Source: a virus (lineage: Duplodnaviria; Caudoviricetes). From it: a stretch of DNA of 64,000 nt. Numbering within the stretch: the stretch's first letter is position 1; every line of letters begins with the position of its first letter. A program made the translations under genes and the position numbers. This document shows positions 31,469 through 41,013 of this stretch, in pieces. The stretch lies in the IMG/VR virus record IMGVR_UViG_3300037067_011504, positions 1 through 64,000 of that record. One strand, written 5' to 3'. The notes beneath the pieces are model-generated. The model did not search any database. It was not told the origin of the DNA and saw only the letters and a list, made by a program, of their open reading frames with translations.

Positions 31469-31975
31469 ATGATAAATAAAAAACCGATAAAATATATAGA
31501 TGATAATCTGATAAGATTAATAAATAATATTAATAAGAGGATTACAACATTATCTATGAATATTAGTAATGTAAGTTCTAATAATATTACTTTAGAAGTA
31601 GTTAAGTCTGATACGGATATAGCTACAGCAATATCGTCAAGTCATCAATCAGGTTCTGACAATCAAGATCTGAGTAATCTAGTAGTTAAAGAAACTGGTA
31701 AGTCACTTATAAGTGATATATTAATATCTGATATACATGCACCGGGTTCAGATAATCAAGATCTATCATCATATGTACAGACGAACGATAGTAGACTAAC
31801 TGATGCAAGAGAACCGTTGATACATGTACATGATAACTATGAACCAGCTAATGTAAATATACAAAGTCATATTTCATCTACTCATTTACAATTTTCAGGA
31901 TTAACAAAAATAACTGTAGGAGATACAGCACCTATAAATCCTTCAGTTGGAGATTTATGGATTTCAACAATTTAA
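31469..31975 (+). CDS. fibre-like structural protein
   Basis: Duplicated GSDNQDLS, NDSRLTDAR and C-terminal VGDTAPxNPxxGDLW fibre motifs. Confidence 0.6.
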   Translation: MINKKPIKYIDDNLIRLINNINKRITTLSMNISNVSSNNITLEVVKSDTDIATAISSSHQSGSDNQDLSNLVVKETGKSLISDILISDIHAPGSDNQDLSSYVQTNDSRLTDAREPLIHVHDNYEPANVNIQSHISSTHLQFSGLTKITVGDTAPINPSVGDLWISTI

Positions 31976-31987
31976 TATTAAAATGAT

Positions 31988-32347
31988 ATGGCACAATCTA
32001 TTTCTTATGCGCGTTTGGTTACAACAGCCACAACAGCAAAACAGACAATACTTACCAATACTCCGGCAAGTAACTTAAAGTTAAAGACTATTGTTATAGC
32101 AGGTTATCCTACTGTATGGTCAGCAACGGAAGCTAATCTTGGAACTATTTATCTACAAGTCGGAGGTGTAGATAAAATGGAGTTTAGACTACAGAATACC
32201 GATAATGATACTCTTGCAGGTATAGTAGTTATTCCTCTTGGTAATGGATTGATCTTCTCTGGATCAGAAGCAGTAGATGTAAAAGTTACTCCTGCAGCAG
32301 CAACATCTTATACATGGACGGCAAGTTTATTTTTTGATACTGTTTAG
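31988..32347 (+). CDS. small beta-sandwich structural protein
   Basis: Thr/Ala-rich; shares LQVxGVDKMEFR with the next gene. Confidence 0.55.
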   Translation: MAQSISYARLVTTATTAKQTILTNTPASNLKLKTIVIAGYPTVWSATEANLGTIYLQVGGVDKMEFRLQNTDNDTLAGIVVIPLGNGLIFSGSEAVDVKVTPAAATSYTWTASLFFDTV

Positions 32348-33271
32348 ATGATAGATAAACAAACTATAACGATTGACTCACAAGAGAAGGTCGGTACATT
32401 ACCTGATTTGACTTCTAACTGGTCAAGTAGAAGTCCATTACGTAATGGCACCGTTAGTATAGGTAAGTATACCGTACCTGATAATACAATGTCATGTATT
32501 AAATTCTTATGGCCTTTTGGACAATTTGCTAATATACCCAGAGTACCATCATTAACATCCATTCCTGTTGGTATTGTTAAGTTACAAGTCAATGGAGTAG
32601 ATAAGATGGAGTTTCGTATAGGAGGAATTAAATCAACATTTGGCGGATCATTAGGTACAGCAGACTTTGACATAAGTAGAAGACAACTTCTTTTATATGA
32701 TGGTATACAATTTGTTGAAGGAGATGTAGTAAGACTTATTGTTACTCAGGATAAACTGACTACTACAGGAACACCTCAAGTGTGCTATAATGTATCATTC
32801 ATAGGTGTTAATACTTCTACTGGTGCAACGATAATAGAGAAACAGAGAACTATAATAACAGTAGAGACGGCTAATCAAATCATTGCTTCATATACTGTCT
32901 TATCTGGTGGATTAACTTTACAAGATTTGACAATACAAACCCAAGTAGGTGATTTCATGATGGGACATATGCAGATACTTGTTAATGGCATGGTAGTAAT
33001 GGAATTCCCTGTATCAGATTCGATGGGATGTACAAGACCTAGTGGTGGTATGTTTGGAATGATACCATTCTATGATGGACTTAATTTTGGAGCAGGAAAT
33101 ACTATTGAAGCACGAATAGATCCATCGGTATCTGTTAATCAGAAATTTCATATGTTTACTGTAGGAGAGGAAACAGTCATTGGAGGAGCACCTATTGATA
33201 GTAAACTTAAGAGATGGACAGGAGAGGAATGGGTATCAGTCGGTACTCTGGTCAGTTTCCAGCCACTATAA
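32348..33271 (+). CDS. two-repeat beta-sandwich structural protein
   Basis: Repeats LQVNGVDKMEF and ILVNGMVVMEF; C-terminal LKRWTGEEW. Confidence 0.55.
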   Translation: MIDKQTITIDSQEKVGTLPDLTSNWSSRSPLRNGTVSIGKYTVPDNTMSCIKFLWPFGQFANIPRVPSLTSIPVGIVKLQVNGVDKMEFRIGGIKSTFGGSLGTADFDISRRQLLLYDGIQFVEGDVVRLIVTQDKLTTTGTPQVCYNVSFIGVNTSTGATIIEKQRTIITVETANQIIASYTVLSGGLTLQDLTIQTQVGDFMMGHMQILVNGMVVMEFPVSDSMGCTRPSGGMFGMIPFYDGLNFGAGNTIEARIDPSVSVNQKFHMFTVGEETVIGGAPIDSKLKRWTGEEWVSVGTLVSFQPL

Positions 33272-33320
33272 AAAAAAGGTAAAAAAGATCCCGGGTTAGC
33301 AAAACCCGGGATTCTTAATT
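33272..33320. terminator. convergent intrinsic terminator
   Basis: 10-bp stem atcccgggtt(33288-97)/aacccgggat(33303-12). The A-tract on its left is the U-tract for the minus strand. Lies at the strand switch. Confidence 0.85.
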
Positions 33321-33344
33321 ACCTTCAGTCATGAACAAAAAATA

Positions 33345-33578
33345 TTATTTATATTCTTTTTTATAAATTATAATAAATAGCCATTTTATATTATGTCCTA
33401 TTAATTGTATTGGATAAGTATATTTATCACCTTCTTGTTTTGGATTTTCTAATACTTTACAATGATATATTATTTTAAAACCCAACCATCTTAAATACCA
33501 TGGTAAAACTTTAAAATGTACTAATGTATCATTCTTTTTAAAAAATGAATCATTAAAAGTTAATTGAAATTTTTCCAT
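33345..33578 (-). CDS. hypothetical protein
   Basis: TAATG-coupled ORF. Confidence 0.6.
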   Translation of the reverse strand: MEKFQLTFNDSFFKKNDTLVHFKVLPWYLRWLGFKIIYHCKVLENPKQEGDKYTYPIQLIGHNIKWLFIIIYKKEYK

Positions 33579-33970
33579 TATTGATATGATCTTACTTGTT
33601 CTATTAATTCTTTAGCAAGTAGAGGATTCTCTCCTTCTACTGATTGAGCATAAGCAATAGCAGCTTTCTGTGCATGAGGATCATCATCCACTCTTAATAC
33701 GAAGTACCATGCATCAGGATCAATTTCTGAACCATCTGCTTTGCTGATGATATATTTACTTGCTTGTAATCCGCCTTTCTTATATCCTTTCTTAATAGGT
33801 AGTTCAGTTTTATTATATATCTCACATAATATCCTTCCTGTATCGATATCTTTTTTTATTATTTTGATCCAATAAGGATAATTCATGTAACATTCATCAT
33901 CATTTACATAGATTTTGTTTCCTTGTTCAAATAGAGCAAGATGTTTTTCTTCAAGTAATATTTTTTCCAT
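33578..33970 (-). CDS. hypothetical protein
   Basis: C-terminal KY...YFVLR-D-DPHA-AA-AYA module, common in phages. Confidence 0.65.
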   Translation of the reverse strand: MEKILLEEKHLALFEQGNKIYVNDDECYMNYPYWIKIIKKDIDTGRILCEIYNKTELPIKKGYKKGGLQASKYIISKADGSEIDPDAWYFVLRVDDDPHAQKAAIAYAQSVEGENPLLAKELIEQVRSYQ

Positions 33971-34281
33971 TAGAATAATATTTTTTGTATCGGTTCTCTC
34001 AGTAATATATCAATTGATTTAATAAATAGATTACCATCATTCATATATCTCAATAGGTTTTTTCTATTGGATGAATAGGTAAGATATCTTGAATAGTACT
34101 GATTGGTTTGTGGATTGTATACTATCAATTCTATTCCTTCTCTTATCTCAGCATTTTCAGCAGTTAGTATCTCTCCTTCAGGAGGTAGTTTAAATATTTC
34201 TTTTATATTAGTCATTTTCTCATATCCTTCAGGAAGTGATTGGTAATACTCTAATTCGGTTTCTGTAACTATCTTATCCAT
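33970..34281 (-). CDS. hypothetical protein
   Basis: Coupled ORF. Confidence 0.6.
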   Translation of the reverse strand: MDKIVTETELEYYQSLPEGYEKMTNIKEIFKLPPEGEILTAENAEIREGIELIVYNPQTNQYYSRYLTYSSNRKNLLRYMNDGNLFIKSIDILLREPIQKILF

Positions 34282-34579
34282 TTAATTCTCTATTAAAAGC
34301 ATCTTCTTCTTCATCAGGATCACCATATATAAGTTTATCTATTTCATCATCATAATCTTTATCATCTTTCTCTTTATATATCTGAAACATCTCTTCCATT
34401 GTATGTTCAGTTACTGGCATATAATGATCACAAATATACTTCATGAAATCTCTTATTTCTTTTGCTTCTTCACAATATAGATCTTCTACAATATATAAAT
34501 AAGCGTTTCCAAAATTATATCCCTGACTCTTTAAAGCATGAGATATAATATAACAATTTCTTTCTCCTAATTTTTCCAT
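34274..34579 (-). CDS. hypothetical acidic protein
   Basis: Coupled ORF with an acidic tail. Confidence 0.6.
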   Translation of the reverse strand: MEKLGERNCYIISHALKSQGYNFGNAYLYIVEDLYCEEAKEIRDFMKYICDHYMPVTEHTMEEMFQIYKEKDDKDYDDEIDKLIYGDPDEEEDAFNRELNG

Positions 34580-34580
34580 A

Positions 34581-34955
34581 TTATTTATGTAAATATTTAA
34601 ATGAAGATAAATTAATAAAACTCTTTTTTATATCATCAATTCTTTTTCCCATTGCATTTCTAATATTTTTACTACATGTTTCTTGTGCTTCTCTATTTTC
34701 TTTAACACTATCTCTTATTTGCCATAGATGATGACAATAAGGATGATAATTAACAAATTGAGTTTTAGAAGGAAATAGTTGAGCCATGAGAATATTATCA
34801 GGAATATATTTATATCTTGCTTCTTTAATTTCTTTATAAGAAGGAGAATTATATTTTGTACTTATAGATAGATGCCATAATCCTTCATCAATAGATATTA
34901 TTATATCACATCTTCCCATCTTAAATGTTCCAGTTTTATATTCTTTTTCTTCCAT
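34581..34955 (-). CDS. conserved phage protein (HLSIS...P...HP-C-HLW family)
   Basis: WHLSIS, PSYKEI, FVNYHPYCHHLW. Confidence 0.65.
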   Translation of the reverse strand: MEEKEYKTGTFKMGRCDIIISIDEGLWHLSISTKYNSPSYKEIKEARYKYIPDNILMAQLFPSKTQFVNYHPYCHHLWQIRDSVKENREAQETCSKNIRNAMGKRIDDIKKSFINLSSFKYLHK

Positions 34956-34957
34956 TA

Positions 34958-35614
34958 TTATTTATTTATTAAATCTGGAAAATGTTTAAGGATATTGTGT
35001 TTATAGTATATATTAGGATGGTTAATTGTTTTTAACCAATCTCTGTCTGGTATTCTTGCACCAGGACCAGTCTCTGCACCTATAATTAAAAGATCCAATG
35101 AGTATGATGAATAGTAGTTATTAAAATCAAATCTATCTACAGGTCCTAATATAGGCTCAAGAGACACAAATAAGGGGCATAATGTATGAGAGGTAGATCT
35201 TATTAACCATTGTACTCTATCGAAGTCCTTATTGCTTGTTATAGTAGTCCCTAACATACAATTACCAGGCCATTGATAATTCTTATACTTCATTGGTCTT
35301 TTAGAAAGAAACATGAACAGATGTTGAGGATTTTCGTTTACTACTTTAAGTATCTCATATATCCAGTTCTGATGTACACCTTCACTAAATATGTCGGACA
35401 TTGAACCAACGAATATCTTAGCTCCTTTTTTCTTTTTATATGGTTCTTGTAATCTTTTTTCAAAGAATTCCGGTCTATTCCATTGATCGATCCATTTAAA
35501 TCGTCTATTCATTGCTTCTGCATAACATTGGAATTCCTGACAGTTATTAGCACATCCAACGATGGGATTAAATGACCATTTTGCCCATCCGATAGTTTTA
35601 CTTATATCATTCAT
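34958..35614 (-). CDS. phage Gp37/Gp68 (DUF5131) radical-SAM-like protein
   Basis: WSFNPIVGC...C...CYA, IFVGSMSDIF, LSKRP, FVSLEP, IIGAETG. Confidence 0.88.
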   Translation of the reverse strand: MNDISKTIGWAKWSFNPIVGCANNCQEFQCYAEAMNRRFKWIDQWNRPEFFEKRLQEPYKKKKGAKIFVGSMSDIFSEGVHQNWIYEILKVVNENPQHLFMFLSKRPMKYKNYQWPGNCMLGTTITSNKDFDRVQWLIRSTSHTLCPLFVSLEPILGPVDRFDFNNYYSSYSLDLLIIGAETGPGARIPDRDWLKTINHPNIYYKHNILKHFPDLINK

Positions 35615-35617
35615 AAT

Positions 35618-36493
35618 CTAGTCTTTAAGATTATTAACAAATTTCTTTAATTCACTTCTATAAGTAATTCGTTCATCTCTTTCCTGTGCAAGAAGATCTT
35701 CGTATTTACTTTGATCAAATATCTCGAGTATTGCGTCTTCACATAGTTTCATTAATTCTTCAGGTCTAACAGCATCTAATTCTACTTGTCCTAATCCTTC
35801 CCATTTAGCAGTACGTGAATCAGTAAGTTTTGTAGGCGCTGGTGGTAAATTCCATTCTTCTACTTGTTCTTGCATTAATGCAATTCTTCTTACTTCAACA
35901 TCGATTCCAAATCTATTGAGATTATCATATATACTTCTTGGTATATCTTCTCCTGATGGATCATAATCTCCAAAATAAAGTATTATTGGGATCTTATCAT
36001 TTAAATAAGCATGTTCAAATCTTCCATAAGCATCATTTAAGAATGTTAACGAAGGATATCCTTTACATGCACCTAATGCTATTGACCAATCGTTACATAT
36101 ATTTTTAAATACTCCTTGTAATGCTTTCTTTTCAATAAATATTTCTGGATAATATGGTTGATTTTCCCATTTATTTTTATGATAATTCTGCATCCATAGT
36201 TTTATTTGATGTTGAGCATTATCAATTTCATCATCTAATATTGTTTCTTTCCAGTTTGTTTCTCCTACCATAGTACGATCAAGATCTGAGAATTGATCGA
36301 AATCTATTTTATCATCCCATCTGGCATCAATCATTGCTACAACAACACGTTTATAATGTTGTATATCATTAGTCATTCCAAGTCCTACTAGTTGATAATG
36401 TAAAGCACGAAGAGTTAATATCCCTTTTTCATATCTATTACATATATCAATAGAATTATCTATTATCCATTCTTTTGTAAATATGTCTTTCAT
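35618..36493 (-). CDS. TopoVI-A/Spo11-like wHTH-TOPRIM protein
   Basis: TLRxLHYQLV, IEK, GYPS, YFGDYDPSG, ELDA. Confidence 0.8.
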   Translation of the reverse strand: MKDIFTKEWIIDNSIDICNRYEKGILTLRALHYQLVGLGMTNDIQHYKRVVVAMIDARWDDKIDFDQFSDLDRTMVGETNWKETILDDEIDNAQHQIKLWMQNYHKNKWENQPYYPEIFIEKKALQGVFKNICNDWSIALGACKGYPSLTFLNDAYGRFEHAYLNDKIPIILYFGDYDPSGEDIPRSIYDNLNRFGIDVEVRRIALMQEQVEEWNLPPAPTKLTDSRTAKWEGLGQVELDAVRPEELMKLCEDAILEIFDQSKYEDLLAQERDERITYRSELKKFVNNLKD

Positions 36494-36496
36494 AAT

Positions 36497-36967
36497 CTAA
36501 TTAGTTTTCATTGTATAATAAGCAATAAGAATAGCATCAGCAGTATTATTAGATATTGGTTGATTAGGTAATATCCTTTGAAGATATTCTCTTAATCTTC
36601 TCTTCCATTCTACTTTGCTTTCTGTTTTATCCTTTTTAAGGTTATAATATTTCATCCATGTCTGTGGAGTAACTTCTTTAAAAGGAATATCAAGAGCTAA
36701 TAAAGCCATCTCTATATGACCTACATTCTTCATAAATGTAGAAACAGATGATACTCCCATTCCTGGCATTCCATGAACCTTCTCAAGAACACATGAGATA
36801 TTACAAGAAAAAATAATAGATTGTTTTAATAATTTATACCATTCTTTTGTAGTATGTTTAGCGAATTCAATTGTATGTATTTCTTTTAACTTGTTATCAA
36901 TAGTGTATATTAATGCGATACATCCACTTGAAGATCCTGGATCGATTCCTATATATATATTATTCAT
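36497..36967 (-). CDS. RuvC-like Holliday junction resolvase
   Basis: IGIDPG, E-KV, PQTW, ADAILIA. Confidence 0.85.
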   Translation of the reverse strand: MNNIYIGIDPGSSSGCIALIYTIDNKLKEIHTIEFAKHTTKEWYKLLKQSIIFSCNISCVLEKVHGMPGMGVSSVSTFMKNVGHIEMALLALDIPFKEVTPQTWMKYYNLKKDKTESKVEWKRRLREYLQRILPNQPISNNTADAILIAYYTMKTN

Positions 36968-37085
36968 TTTTAATAATAGTTTTTAAATGTTTATCATTAT
37001 AATCCTTACAAATAGCTGCAATAGCTTCAAATAAATTATCTTTAGTCTTTTGTATTAACTGTTTCTTATTATTTTTTCTTTTCAT
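36960..37085 (-). CDS. small hypothetical protein (41 aa), not in the ORF track
   Basis: MKRKNNKKQLIQKTKDNLFEAIAAICK...; fills the gap and overlaps both neighbours. Confidence 0.5.
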   Translation of the reverse strand: MKRKNNKKQLIQKTKDNLFEAIAAICKDYNDKHLKTIIKNE

Positions 37086-37291
37086 TGGGGATATGTTACT
37101 ATTTTAATAAATTCTTTAGCTTCATCTTTTGATATAATATTAAGATTTAATAGTTGGTTTGCATAATATGATGATGAAATAGGATGCATATTACGTAAAA
37201 GAGTTATATAATCCATACTAGTTACTGTTTCTTTTAATAGTTTATTTACAGCTATTACTTCACATTCTAATATTTTTTTTATACTATTCAT
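37082..37291 (-). CDS. hypothetical protein
   Basis: Coupled ORF. Confidence 0.55.
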   Translation of the reverse strand: MNSIKKILECEVIAVNKLLKETVTSMDYITLLRNMHPISSSYYANQLLNLNIISKDEAKEFIKIVTYPQ

Positions 37292-37611
37292 GGTTTGTAT
37301 GTTTTTATTTTACAATATGTATCTAAGTAATAATCTATGGTGTCCCATGTAATACCTATAGAAGCATCATGTTTTGAGATCATTTCATGTAATGCTATAA
37401 TAAACATATCTTTATTGTAATATAGATCCCAGTCATCTGCTCCATTACAATTCTGTATTGCTTGACCTTCAAAATCTTCTTCACTCCATGAGATACATTC
37501 TTTAGCTTTTTTACGTAATAGATCTTGTACTGTGATAGCAGGATAATAATCTGTATTATTAAATCTTACTATCTTCTTGTTAAGTTTATTTATTAAGTCT
37601 TCTATATACAT
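37288..37611 (-). CDS. hypothetical protein
   Basis: HDASIGITWDTIDYYL motif. Confidence 0.6.
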   Translation of the reverse strand: MYIEDLINKLNKKIVRFNNTDYYPAITVQDLLRKKAKECISWSEEDFEGQAIQNCNGADDWDLYYNKDMFIIALHEMISKHDASIGITWDTIDYYLDTYCKIKTYKP

Positions 37612-37973
37612 TAGATATTAAATATAAATTCCCATATATTAAAATTAAGATATACCTCATTCAATATTATGAATGAAATAAGCAAGACGATTGAGATAAG
37701 GATAAATCTCATTAACATTCTTTGTTTACGTCTTGAGATATTTATCTCATATGTCTCGATAAATGTTATTATAGATAGTGTTAAGATTACTATAGGACCA
37801 CTACACATGAATGATTGTATGATAAACCATATAAAACTACTAATAATGACATATGAGTCTATTGTAGGAGCTATTTTAGCACCATGAAATTTGTTTATAA
37901 ACATATTAATGTCTAATAGATTTATCAGACAATAAAATATTATTATTATACCTATTATAAATGTTAGTATCAT
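37611..37973 (-). CDS. multi-pass membrane protein
   Basis: 3-4 Ile-rich TM segments. Confidence 0.6.
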   Translation of the reverse strand: MILTFIIGIIIIFYCLINLLDINMFINKFHGAKIAPTIDSYVIISSFIWFIIQSFMCSGPIVILTLSIITFIETYEINISRRKQRMLMRFILISIVLLISFIILNEVYLNFNIWEFIFNI

Positions 37974-38347
37974 CAGTCGTTGGAAAATTGCGTATCATAC
38001 CATTTAATGATTCTCACTAATACTTTGAATGATCCTTCTATATGTGACCATTTAAGACTACTTCTCATATCTTTTACCATATCATTAATCTCTCTTCTTA
38101 GATGAGGATTCATCTTAAGAGTAGGGATAAGAACATCTCTATGAAGTTTATTCCAAACAAAATGGAGCCAGTTCCAATCACTATCGAACATAAACCCATC
38201 TGTATTTAATTCCATTTCTCCGGTATCTTCTTTAAAATTATTAGGTACATGATATACCACATACCCATTATCATCTTTATAAGACACAGGCCAATCAAGA
38301 AAATCGGCTATTAATTCATTACCTTCTATACGTTCTTTATTTGTCAT
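37973..38347 (-). CDS. hypothetical protein (phage NxLIAxF...F-SDWNWL family)
   Basis: NELIADF and FDSDWNWL motifs. Confidence 0.6.
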   Translation of the reverse strand: MTNKERIEGNELIADFLDWPVSYKDDNGYVVYHVPNNFKEDTGEMELNTDGFMFDSDWNWLHFVWNKLHRDVLIPTLKMNPHLRREINDMVKDMRSSLKWSHIEGSFKVLVRIIKWYDTQFSND

Positions 38348-38937
38348 TATTCTTTATCTTCAGGTAATTCGAAATTAATATCCATCTTATCTTCTTCATT
38401 AAGATCTGTTATAAACTGTTCTTCGGAATAATCTCCTGTATTATTATCATCTGATAATGAGTCATCATCTGCAGCTATCTCATCAGTTGTGATATTCACC
38501 TGGTCATCTATTGTAAGTTGTTTAACACCTGTTTTCTTTCCAGTAAGAAAATGATGTACTTCAAGACTCAATGTAGATAGTTTCTGTGCTAATTCTTCTT
38601 CGAATCTATAACTATCTCCATCGGTATCTATAGAAGGAGATGAAATTCCTATAACACCTCCATTATCAGTAGTTAGCTTACCAGTAAGTATAATTTTATC
38701 TCCATTGTATTTAAAACCTGTTATCTCATATATTCCGGCATACTCCTTATCAGCATGGAATATATCAGCAAGATAATGATTAAGTCCTTTAAGAGCATTA
38801 AGGAGATCAATATGAGGTTGATCTTCTATTACATCGGTACGTGAACGGTTAAGTTCCGGAACGAAATAATCAATTTTAATTGTTTGTGAGTTCTTTGTTT
38901 TTTCTAATTTAAAACCTGTAATGTTTTCTGCATTCAT
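38347..38937 (-). CDS. hypothetical protein with acidic tail
   Basis: 196-aa ORF with a D/E-rich C-terminus. Confidence 0.65.
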   Translation of the reverse strand: MNAENITGFKLEKTKNSQTIKIDYFVPELNRSRTDVIEDQPHIDLLNALKGLNHYLADIFHADKEYAGIYEITGFKYNGDKIILTGKLTTDNGGVIGISSPSIDTDGDSYRFEEELAQKLSTLSLEVHHFLTGKKTGVKQLTIDDQVNITTDEIAADDDSLSDDNNTGDYSEEQFITDLNEEDKMDINFELPEDKE

Positions 38938-38956
38938 TTTGTTTAGTTATTAATTA

Positions 38957-40438
38957 TTAAATATATTTCATTAGTTTTACTGTTAAAGCACAATATCTGG
39001 TCCAAGTAGGAGTAAATAAATCTGTACTGTTATAATCTAAATACCATGCATAACCGTTTCCAAATCCTGTATCATCGGATAACCAAAAATCACCATATTT
39101 ATGTATGCTGTCGAATCCTTGATCATCACCAGTATCACAAAATCTATTACCGGCACCTATACCTTTAAATCCATATGTATCTGTAGCACCAAAATTGGGT
39201 GTTAACCAATGACCTAATCCTATCTCTTTTAATTTTCCTCCTGCAATACTCCAATCTCCAATATTATCTATTAGATTTATAATATCAGTAGAAGTAGGTA
39301 CCTTCCATCCAACTTCTCTTGTAGAACCTCTTTTAAGATATGGAAATCCATGTACATTATTAAGTGCATAATGATTATAAAGGGCACCATAGGTATTTTT
39401 ATAGATTATATTATTATCATACCAACAGTATGCACCTGTAATATCTGTGATAAATCCATCTACTTCGAGATTATAACAAAGATATGCAGCACTTGTTACA
39501 TGTCCTGCCTGCCATACTATTTCACTAGTGTTTGTTTCTCCATAACCTATATCTGTCCCGGTCCATGATATCTCTACATCATCTACATTACTCCACGACT
39601 TAGATATACTTACATCTGTTAGTGCTGCTTCGTAATAAAGTGCTCCTGATCCATCAATATAGAATATCAATCCTCCTGATGGACCAGTATCTCTTAATGA
39701 ATATGCTCCGATCTCTGCAATGAAGTATCTAAAGGCACGAACATGACAAGTAGTTGATTTAAGTGTTTCTGTTTGTGTACCAGTAGAGAAATCTTGCATC
39801 CATGCTTCTGTAGCTGATGATTCACTCGATGACCAATATGTCCCGGCAGCAAAATCACCTACTCCATGAAGATGAAGATTAGTATACATCTCATTTAATT
39901 CATCTTTTGAAGGCAACAACATATCAGTTGCTCCTCTTAATATAATATTAGATATTGCAGTACCATCTGCATAGTGTGTTGCTTTAAAATTTTCTACTAT
40001 CCACCGTTGATTACCCATGTCAATAGTTGTATAGACATTTCCGTCATAATCAGTAAGTATACCTTCTTCTTCTATTGGTACTGGTACAGTATCGACAGGA
40101 AATTCAAGTTCTATACATTTTGTTATGTCAGTAGTAGTAACTATTATTACTCTTCCTCTATTATCATCTGCTATCTGTCTATAATTTTTAGAGATATAAT
40201 ATCCCTGATCAAATGCAAGTTTATTAATATCTATGTCATAAGTATCAAATTGTATATTATAATTTACATTTCCGTGATATTGTTCATAATTACGTAGATG
40301 ACTTCTATATTGAGTATAGAACATCAATGCAAAATATTGATCTTCTGTCAATGTTGATTCATCATCAAGAGTAGCAGTTTCGCTAACCAATGTTATTATA
40401 CCATTGGTTATCTGTGTTACGTAAGCACTTGTTGTCAT
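38957..40438 (-). CDS. FISUMP (Fib_succ_major) protein with an inserted DUF1566/Lcl-like domain
   Basis: FISUMP motifs DYDGNVY...QRWxxEN, YGALYN, GWKVP, AGGKLKE, GF...AGNR; DUF1566-like motifs LPSKDEL...YWSSSE...VRAFR. Start placed at MTTSAY. Confidence 0.8.
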   Translation of the reverse strand: MTTSAYVTQITNGIITLVSETATLDDESTLTEDQYFALMFYTQYRSHLRNYEQYHGNVNYNIQFDTYDIDINKLAFDQGYYISKNYRQIADDNRGRVIIVTTTDITKCIELEFPVDTVPVPIEEEGILTDYDGNVYTTIDMGNQRWIVENFKATHYADGTAISNIILRGATDMLLPSKDELNEMYTNLHLHGVGDFAAGTYWSSSESSATEAWMQDFSTGTQTETLKSTTCHVRAFRYFIAEIGAYSLRDTGPSGGLIFYIDGSGALYYEAALTDVSISKSWSNVDDVEISWTGTDIGYGETNTSEIVWQAGHVTSAAYLCYNLEVDGFITDITGAYCWYDNNIIYKNTYGALYNHYALNNVHGFPYLKRGSTREVGWKVPTSTDIINLIDNIGDWSIAGGKLKEIGLGHWLTPNFGATDTYGFKGIGAGNRFCDTGDDQGFDSIHKYGDFWLSDDTGFGNGYAWYLDYNSTDLFTPTWTRYCALTVKLMKYI

Positions 40439-40803
40439 AGTAATTATTTTTAAAGTAAATATGCATGTGAAAATAGACAATTATTATTTTGCATACAATT
40501 TAAACAATTTCCGTGAGGTAACAATATTGTACTATCTTCAAACTCAATGCAGAATATAGGATTTTTATTAAACATACTACTTCTGTTACGTGTATATTCA
40601 TCTAATTCATCCTTTGTCATAGGACGAATAGCTTTTATTTTTCTACCGTTTATCTCCATATATTTTATTTTTCTTAACAATTTCTTCAATAGTTAACATT
40701 AAACAATTTATATTCATCCATAATTTTCTTATATGCCAATATGATAGATTGTTTGTTTCAATAAGCTTTATCGATTTATTAAGCATGGTTATTAAATCAT
40801 CTT

Positions 40804-41013
40804 TTACCATATCAATTTAGAATTATGATATACTACATAATTATATATTCTATTTCCTGCAGTCTTCCATCCTCTTTCTTCTGATTTAAATAAATCAGTA
40901 GGAAGCATTTCAGTGTAGTGTGCTGATATCTCTTTATTATAATATTGTACTGTTATTCGTTTTTGACCATATCCTTCAAGTACTATAGATAATATCTTTT
41001 GCCATCCTTTCAT
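40804..41013 (-). CDS. hypothetical protein
   Basis: Coupled ORF. Confidence 0.55.
   Translation of the reverse strand: MKGWQKILSIVLEGYGQKRITVQYYNKEISAHYTEMLPTDLFKSEERGWKTAGNRIYNYVVYHNSKLIW

Noticed and set aside
38957-40438. Complete diversity-generating retroelement
   Set aside because: No reverse transcriptase, Avd or template repeat seen in the window.
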